Below are positions 59,201-64,000 of a DNA stretch of 64,000 nt, in pieces (the stretch's first letter is position 1; the number at the start of each line of letters is the position of its first letter). The position numbers and the translations under genes were made by a program. The notes under the pieces are model-generated. The model made no database searches. It was not told where the DNA came from and worked only from the letters and a program-made list of their open reading frames with translations. Source of the stretch: Myxococcota bacterium (lineage in GTDB: Bacteria > Myxococcota_A > Polyangia > Nannocystales > Nannocystaceae); assembly GCA_039194325.1 (NCBI GenBank), contig JBCCWC010000004.1:170172-234171 (forward strand). Reading direction: 5' to 3'.

Positions 59201-60027
59201 CGGTAGTTGACGTCGACCCCCGTGAGCCCCTCGGTAAGGTTGGCCCGGTCGAGGTTGCGCAGCAGGCCCTCCGCGTTGGCGCCCCCTACCGAGCCGCTGA
59301 GGCTGGTGGCTCCGCCCAAGAGCATGCGCAGCTCGCCGTAGAGCACCCCCTGGCGCGAGTTGTCCGAGCCGGGGAAGGTATTGAGCTCGGTCGCGCCGCC
59401 CAGGCCCAGCCGCCACTCGTGGCGGTGGTCGTAGCGCTCCATGCCGTGGGGTACTGGCTGCGAGAGGGTGAAGGTGATGTGGTCGTGCGGGTTGATGAGC
59501 CCCGGCGAGATCACACCTTCGGCGCAAGAGATCACCGTGGCCGTGGCTGCTTGTGGCAGATCCGCACAGTCACAGCCCGCGCACGTGATCCGCCCGTTGG
59601 GCTCCGAGGCGTCGACCAACACAGTGCCGTTCTCGTAGACGTCGAAGCCCGCGAGCACCGTACCTTGCAGCAAGAAGGTGGAATCACCGGCCGTGACCTC
59701 GCAGATCTCGCCGTCCGGTGCGGGCGTGAACCGGTTGTCGCAGACGATCGTGCGCCCGGGCGGTAGATCGGGAGGATCGCCGGTCGTATCCGTGTCGTCC
59801 GTCTCCGTCTCCGTCCCGCTCCCGGTGGTCGCCGTGCTGTCGAGGGTGGAGTCCGCCGTACTGTCGACGTTGGCGGTGGTGGGCGAGTCGTCGCTAGTGA
59901 CATTCGGCCCCGTGGACGTGCTGGTGCTGCCGTCCGCCGGCACCGGATCGGGATCCGGACACCCGGTGACGAGCAAAAGACCAGCAAGCGGAGCCAACGC
60001 TCTGCGCAGGAAACGTTTATGTGACAT
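56263..60027 (-). CDS. Lipoprotein: amidohydrolase + TSP3-like Ca-binding repeats + OB-fold-like + lamin-tail domain
   Basis: Lipobox VTGC; PGLINPHDH, PHIAEG, VHG and LGTDW; DADGDGV...DNCP repeats; IAEVYYD...FEWVKIYN. Confidence 0.85.
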   Translation of the reverse strand: MSHKRFLRRALAPLAGLLLVTGCPDPDPVPADGSTSTSTGPNVTSDDSPTTANVDSTADSTLDSTATTGSGTETETDDTDTTGDPPDLPPGRTIVCDNRFTPAPDGEICEVTAGDSTFLLQGTVLAGFDVYENGTVLVDASEPNGRITCAGCDCADLPQAATATVISCAEGVISPGLINPHDHITFTLSQPVPHGMERYDHRHEWRLGLGGATELNTFPGSDNSRQGVLYGELRMLLGGATSLSGSVGGANAEGLLRNLDRANLTEGLTGVDVNYRTFPLGDSDGTQLTSGCNYPFIDGAFNLGDDIYMPHIAEGIDDEARNEFLCLSGAPGGEDLIASNTSVVHGIGVVPIDVDTMGDEGAVLVWSPRSNVDLYGITAEITTYRNLGVRIALGTDWTASGSMNMLRELACADSFNQGHLGGAFSDLELWLMATYWAAVSQGADDQIGLIRPGHIADLTIFDGSQNAAHRAVINADVSDVALVMRGGQPLHGDTSLIEALVDPADASNCEMLDVCGVSKRLCAQPDTGLSIDQITGAIHPASYPLFFCGDPDEEPSCDPARPGEFPNRGGPDDADGDGVPNDEDNCPSTFNPIRPLDAGQQADADSDGLGDACDRCPLAPGEGCPMPDVFDQDGDGVEDPADNCVEDDNPDQADGDDDGVGDACDPCPMVANPAGGACPVSIYDIKDGTIAPGTYVSVNDVVVTGAGPEANGYFVQVHPDDADYQGAEFSGVFVYTNGNFTPAIGDRVTISGTVNVFFEQIQLDASDEPDPPVLSSGNPLPAPEPTTPADIVEMGMLQEELEGVLVTVFAVGVTNDAPAGGPGDAMATCEFEVTDGLRVNDFFYCVDPFPMIGQTYTQIIGISRWANGFTKLEPRSIVDYPPSLIGFGEPQSYLLEGTMAVPIPELRVQLTSAVTADTPINLTYADMGVVTGPPTVTVPVGADSVPVVLTGVAVGTADVTAELDGVAIAASVRVYDDAEPRSPTLSPSMLAVPVMATADLTVTLDLPAPAAGQVVDLVINPGTCAAVPDTVDVLANELSAVFTVNAGACAGDEVVTASIGPAVSNSTVSVVDSPAFPNLVIAEVYYDHPGGDDMFEWVKIYNGTGAPVDLSGHSLGWGGTDYTYGVLDLNGIVGNGDCFVVGGPSGDADNGFPGGPMYDQAVQLMPGMQNSGGAGDGVAVFDVAAGAVGPGTVPLDAVIYGPDNSNGLLDETGMAGMVDVADAPSGNSVRLQSDGTWAIEPNPAPLECTPFPIP

Positions 60028-60514
60028 ACCAGCCCCCTTCGGCTGCTCGCATCAAAGGCCGGCGCCGCGGAGCTGTCAAGGATTCAGATCGTCGGTCGAA
60101 CACTCACCCCGACTGCGGCCAAGGGACCGCATGACATCCGTGAGCACACCGCGAGTACTCCGTGAGCATTCCAAGAGCGTGGCGAAACCAGGCGATCCGA
60201 TGCTCACGACCGCCTAGTGCTCCCACGCTCGTTCCCCGTTCCCTTCGACCGGTCAGACCGCGCTCGGCGGTCGGACAACTGTGGGTCGTCGGAGAACCGA
60301 GAGATCTCCCCACGCGACCATCGGCCCCCACGCGACCATCGGCGAAGTGAGCGCGAGCCCGTTTGCCCGGCGCTCAGCTCTCCTCGCGGCCCAGGCTGTG
60401 GATCACCCCCAATACCACCGGAAACAGGAGCACCATGAGCATCCCGAGGATGAGACCCTAGTTGCCACGGTCAGTCCGCCCGACGGGGCAACAACGGGCT
60501 GCTAGAGTGCGGCT

Positions 60515-61360
60515 GTGTCCTACCGTCTTGGCCGCCGTCTGGCCCACCGCCCCGCCCTTGGGTTGCTCGGACCGGTCCTCGCCCTGCTCCCCTTGGCTGG
60601 AGCCTGCGACCGCCCGGATCCGTCCAAACCCACGGTTCCGTCCCAATCCACGGCCAAACCCACGGCCAAACCCACACCGGCGACGGACTCGCTCACCCTC
60701 GACCAGATCGCTGGCGGTGACCAAGCCAAGGCCTCCGGCCTCGAGCTCATGGCGCTACCCTTGGGCCTGCATCGCCTCGACACCACCTCGCCCGACCCCG
60801 CCGCGGCCGTCGTCGCCGTGCATGGCTACGAGAGCGAGGGCTACGAGTGGGCCCACCCGCTGCGCGCCACCGGCGATGGGACTACGCGAGTCTACTTCTA
60901 CCGCTGGGACTTCCGCCAGTGCCCCGAGCCCATGGCGCAGGCCCTCGACCAGGCCCTCGATCGCCTGCTGAAAGATGAGCCGGGGATCGAGTCGCTGCGC
61001 ATCATCTCCCATAGCTACGGCGGCATCATCTCCAGCATGGTCGCCGCACGCTACGACGGCCGTGCGCCGCTGCTGGTCGATCTGGTCGCCTCGCCGCTGG
61101 CCGGCCACCCGGGGATGACCCGGATCTGCGAGTATCCCGGAGCCAAGGCCCCGCCGCCGGACGCTCCGGTCACGCTTCGGCAGTGGCGGACGATCCACGA
61201 GATCGACAAGGCCTTCGCCGACATCGATCCCGATCCTCAGATCGTCGATCTCCCCGGCCAGGTGACCCGGCTACCCGAGACCTACCAGGGCCACCGCCTG
61301 GGCCATAACTGGTCGATCTCGTGGGTGGTCGACCACCTCGCCGGCGGGGCCAAGCCCTGA
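60515..61360 (+). CDS. Alpha/beta-hydrolase lipoprotein
   Basis: Lipobox AGAC; VHGY, nucleophile elbow SHSYGG, SPLAG and C-terminal GHN. Confidence 0.75.
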   Translation: MSYRLGRRLAHRPALGLLGPVLALLPLAGACDRPDPSKPTVPSQSTAKPTAKPTPATDSLTLDQIAGGDQAKASGLELMALPLGLHRLDTTSPDPAAAVVAVHGYESEGYEWAHPLRATGDGTTRVYFYRWDFRQCPEPMAQALDQALDRLLKDEPGIESLRIISHSYGGIISSMVAARYDGRAPLLVDLVASPLAGHPGMTRICEYPGAKAPPPDAPVTLRQWRTIHEIDKAFADIDPDPQIVDLPGQVTRLPETYQGHRLGHNWSISWVVDHLAGGAKP

Positions 61361-61552
61361 CGATCTCTCGCGCCAAGCGCTCACCATGAGCCGCGAGGGG
61401 TCGCCCCACGCTCCTTCGGTGCGCCGGGCCGATCTCCGCTGGGCATGTAACGTCCACGTGAAACCCCGAAAACCCCGGCCCAAACGGCATTGGGGGCCCT
61501 TGCTCGACCGACGAGCCCGAGCGATAAGCGGCGCAGATCGAGGCTCGTGTTC

Positions 61553-63625
61553 ATGGATCGTGCGACCAAGCTTTCCTTCTTGTTGATGACCTGTCCCTTG
61601 CTCGCGTGCAGCGACGACCTCCCGAGCGTCCCCGACGGCACGAGTACCGGAGAAGAATCTACGACCGACCCGGCCACCACCATCGACCCGACCAGCGACC
61701 CGACCAGCGATCCCGACTCCAGCACCTCGGGTGACTCCACCACCACGATGGATCCCTCCAGCGGCTCGGACTCGACCGGCAGCACCACCATGGGGCAGAC
61801 CACCGGGGACACGGACTCTTCGTCGTCCGAAGGATCGTCCTCCACCACCAACGGGGTCACCTGTGGCGACGGAGCGATCGACGAGGGTGAAGATTGCGAC
61901 GGGGCCGAGCTGGGCGGGGCCACCTGCGACTCGATCGGCATGGGCTTTACCGACGGCACCCTCGCGTGCGCCGGCGATTGCAGCTACGACACCTCCGGCT
62001 GCACCACCTGCGGCAACGCCATCATCGAGGGGGCCGAGGAGTGCGACGGAGCCGAACTGGGCGGCAACGGCTGCGCCGACCTGGGCCTGGGCTTCACCGG
62101 CGGGACCCTGGCCTGCGACGCCTCGTGCATCTACGACACCGCGGCCTGCACCAACGTGCCCTGGCCCGCCGCGGGCGAGGTGATCATCACCGAGATCATG
62201 CAAAACCCCATGACCCTCAACGACGGCGACGGGGAGTGGTTCGAGCTCTACAACCCCATGATGGGGGTCACCTACCAGCTGGGCTCGTGCGTGGTCGAGG
62301 GCAACATGAGCGACGCCGGCTTCACCATCACCACCGACCTGGAGATCGGCCCCCAGGAGTACCGGATCATCGCCACCGACTCGGCGATGGACCAGGGCTT
62401 CGTGGCCGACTTCCAGTGGGACGACATGGAGTTCAGCCTCAACAACTCCAACGACGAGGTGCGCCTGGTCTGCAACGGAGTGATGGTGGACGAGGTGATC
62501 TACGACGATGGCGCCACCTTCCCCGACCCCAACGGCCAGAGCATGAGCCTCGACGTGGGTTCGTACGACGCGCTGGCCAACGACGACGGCACCAACTGGT
62601 GCGCCGGCAGCACCGACTACAACGGCGATTTCGGCACGCCCGGGGCGGACAACCCCGTGTGCATGGGCGGCGTGGTCTACCCCATCGACTTCTGCCGCCT
62701 GCAGTTCCCCGAGGTGATCGACGAGATCGAGGGCACCAACGTCGACGTCTTTGGTCGGCTGTTCATCGCCGGCCTCACCGACCAGACGGGCGTCAACGAT
62801 CCCGCGCCCGAGGTGATCGGCTACGTGGGCTACGGGCCCGACGGCAGCGATCCGGCCATCGATCCCGGCTGGGTGTGGACCGTCGGCGGCCCCAATGCCG
62901 CCTACGGCCCCATGTCGCCGGGGTACGAGGTCAACAACGACGAGTACGACGCCACGCTCTCGGTCCCCAGCCCCCCGGGTGCCTACGACTTTGCCTTCCG
63001 CTTCAGCGGTGACGGCGGCATGACCTTCACCTACTGCGACGGCCAGGGCGCGGGCAGCTCCGACGGCTACTCCCCGGCCGACGCGGGCCAGATGACCTCG
63101 CAGCCGGGTGGACCTCCGCCGCCCATGTACTTCAGTGAGTACGCCGAGGGCTCCTCGAGCAACAAGGCGCTGGAGATCTACAACCCGCCGGGGGCCGACG
63201 CGGATCTCACCGCTTGCGAGGTCCGCTTCTACTTCAACGGCAACGTGGCCCCGAGCAACACGATCGGGCTGGCCGGAGTGCTGCCCGCCGACGACGTACT
63301 CGTGGTCTGCGACGACAGCATCGATCCCGCGATCTTCGATCCCATGAACTGCGACGTGCTCGCGGGCGGGAGCTTCTATAATGGCGACGACGCGATCGAG
63401 CTGGCCTGTGGCGCCACCGTGCTGGACGTGATCGGTGAGATCGGGTTCGACCCCGGCACCGAGTGGTTCAACGCCGGCGTGGGTACCCAAAACGAGACGA
63501 TCCGGCGCGACTGTGCCGTAATGGCCGGAGATGCCAACGGGGGCGATCCCTTCGACCCCTCGGTCGAGTGGGCCTCGTTCGCGCAGAACGACTTCAGCGA
63601 CTTCGGGCAATACATGTGCCCGTAG
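61553..63625 (+). CDS. Lipoprotein with Cys-rich repeats and two lamin-tail domains
   Basis: Lipobox LLAC; T/S linker; CGDGAID.GEDCDG repeats; ITEIMQNP...EWFELYN and FSEYAEGSSSNKALEIYN. Confidence 0.85.
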   Translation: MDRATKLSFLLMTCPLLACSDDLPSVPDGTSTGEESTTDPATTIDPTSDPTSDPDSSTSGDSTTTMDPSSGSDSTGSTTMGQTTGDTDSSSSEGSSSTTNGVTCGDGAIDEGEDCDGAELGGATCDSIGMGFTDGTLACAGDCSYDTSGCTTCGNAIIEGAEECDGAELGGNGCADLGLGFTGGTLACDASCIYDTAACTNVPWPAAGEVIITEIMQNPMTLNDGDGEWFELYNPMMGVTYQLGSCVVEGNMSDAGFTITTDLEIGPQEYRIIATDSAMDQGFVADFQWDDMEFSLNNSNDEVRLVCNGVMVDEVIYDDGATFPDPNGQSMSLDVGSYDALANDDGTNWCAGSTDYNGDFGTPGADNPVCMGGVVYPIDFCRLQFPEVIDEIEGTNVDVFGRLFIAGLTDQTGVNDPAPEVIGYVGYGPDGSDPAIDPGWVWTVGGPNAAYGPMSPGYEVNNDEYDATLSVPSPPGAYDFAFRFSGDGGMTFTYCDGQGAGSSDGYSPADAGQMTSQPGGPPPPMYFSEYAEGSSSNKALEIYNPPGADADLTACEVRFYFNGNVAPSNTIGLAGVLPADDVLVVCDDSIDPAIFDPMNCDVLAGGSFYNGDDAIELACGATVLDVIGEIGFDPGTEWFNAGVGTQNETIRRDCAVMAGDANGGDPFDPSVEWASFAQNDFSDFGQYMCP

Positions 63626-63882
63626 CGGTGGGCACGGCCGAGTCCGGCCGATCGAGTCTGGCCGGCCGAGTCCGGCCGGTCGAGCCCCGCCGGCCTTAGC
63701 CGGCGGGGAGTCGGTTCATGCTCAAACCTTGTGGTCGTTGGCTCGTACGCGCCATCATCCGTGGCGGGGCGACGGTGTTCGTAGATTCGATGATCGTTTT
63801 CGATCCGATCGAAAACGACCGAGAGCTTCGACGATCGTTATCGCTAGGGATCGCTCGAGCGCGATCGCGAGATGTCCGAGAT

Positions 63883-64000
63883 CGTTTTCGATCACCAGCG
63901 ATCGCAAACGACCATCGCGTTCGCTCGTTCGTGTCGTTTTCGATCACCAGCGATCGCAAACGACCATCGCGTTCGCTCGTTCGTGTCGTTTTCGATCACC
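63883..64000. repeat. 52-bp exact tandem repeat, truncated by the window end
   Basis: Unit cgttttcgatcaccagcgatcgcaaacgaccatcgcgttcgctcgttcgtgt starts at 63883, 63935 and 63987. Confidence 0.9.

Noticed and set aside
60374..60460. Short hydrophobic ORF on the minus strand (MLMVLLFPVVLGVIHSLGREES)
   Set aside because: Only 22 codons, an in-frame stop just upstream and no clear RBS; cannot be supported.
63883..64000. Possible CRISPR array
   Set aside because: The whole 52-bp unit is identical between copies, so there are no variable spacers.

Overview
GC-rich bacterial DNA that looks myxobacterial (inferred from Ser/Thr-linker lipoproteins, Ser/Thr kinases, an AgmX/TonB-C domain and terpene synthases). 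Housekeeping genes: the start of the dcw cluster (ftsI partial, ftsL, rsmH), ribA, two RRM proteins, purE/purK, an acyl-CoA dehydrogenase, tal-pgi/glk, lysA, a SWIM-SNF2 helicase and an RsmC-like methyltransferase. Accessory modules of most interest: (1) a likely unannotated selenoprotein, an AhpD-like gene split by an in-frame TGA in a C-A-Y-U-x3-H motif with a SECIS-like hairpin directly behind it, in a sigma-54 operon with candidate activator sites; (2) a mirror-symmetric locus of terpene synthase, two paralogous STAS/SpoIIAA-like genes and a degenerate terpene synthase; (3) a membrane-spanning Hsp90-like GHKL ATPase-transglutaminase fusion paired with a degenerate GHKL partner; (4) a Septu-like ATPase+HNH pair; (5) a three-gene cassette ending in a KGGVGR ParA/MinD-like ATPase; (6) a DUF1501/cytochrome c operon. 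There are also several apparent pseudoenzymes and many short tandem repeats. No rRNA, tRNA, CRISPR array or transposase was recognised. All calls come from reading motifs by eye; no searches were run.
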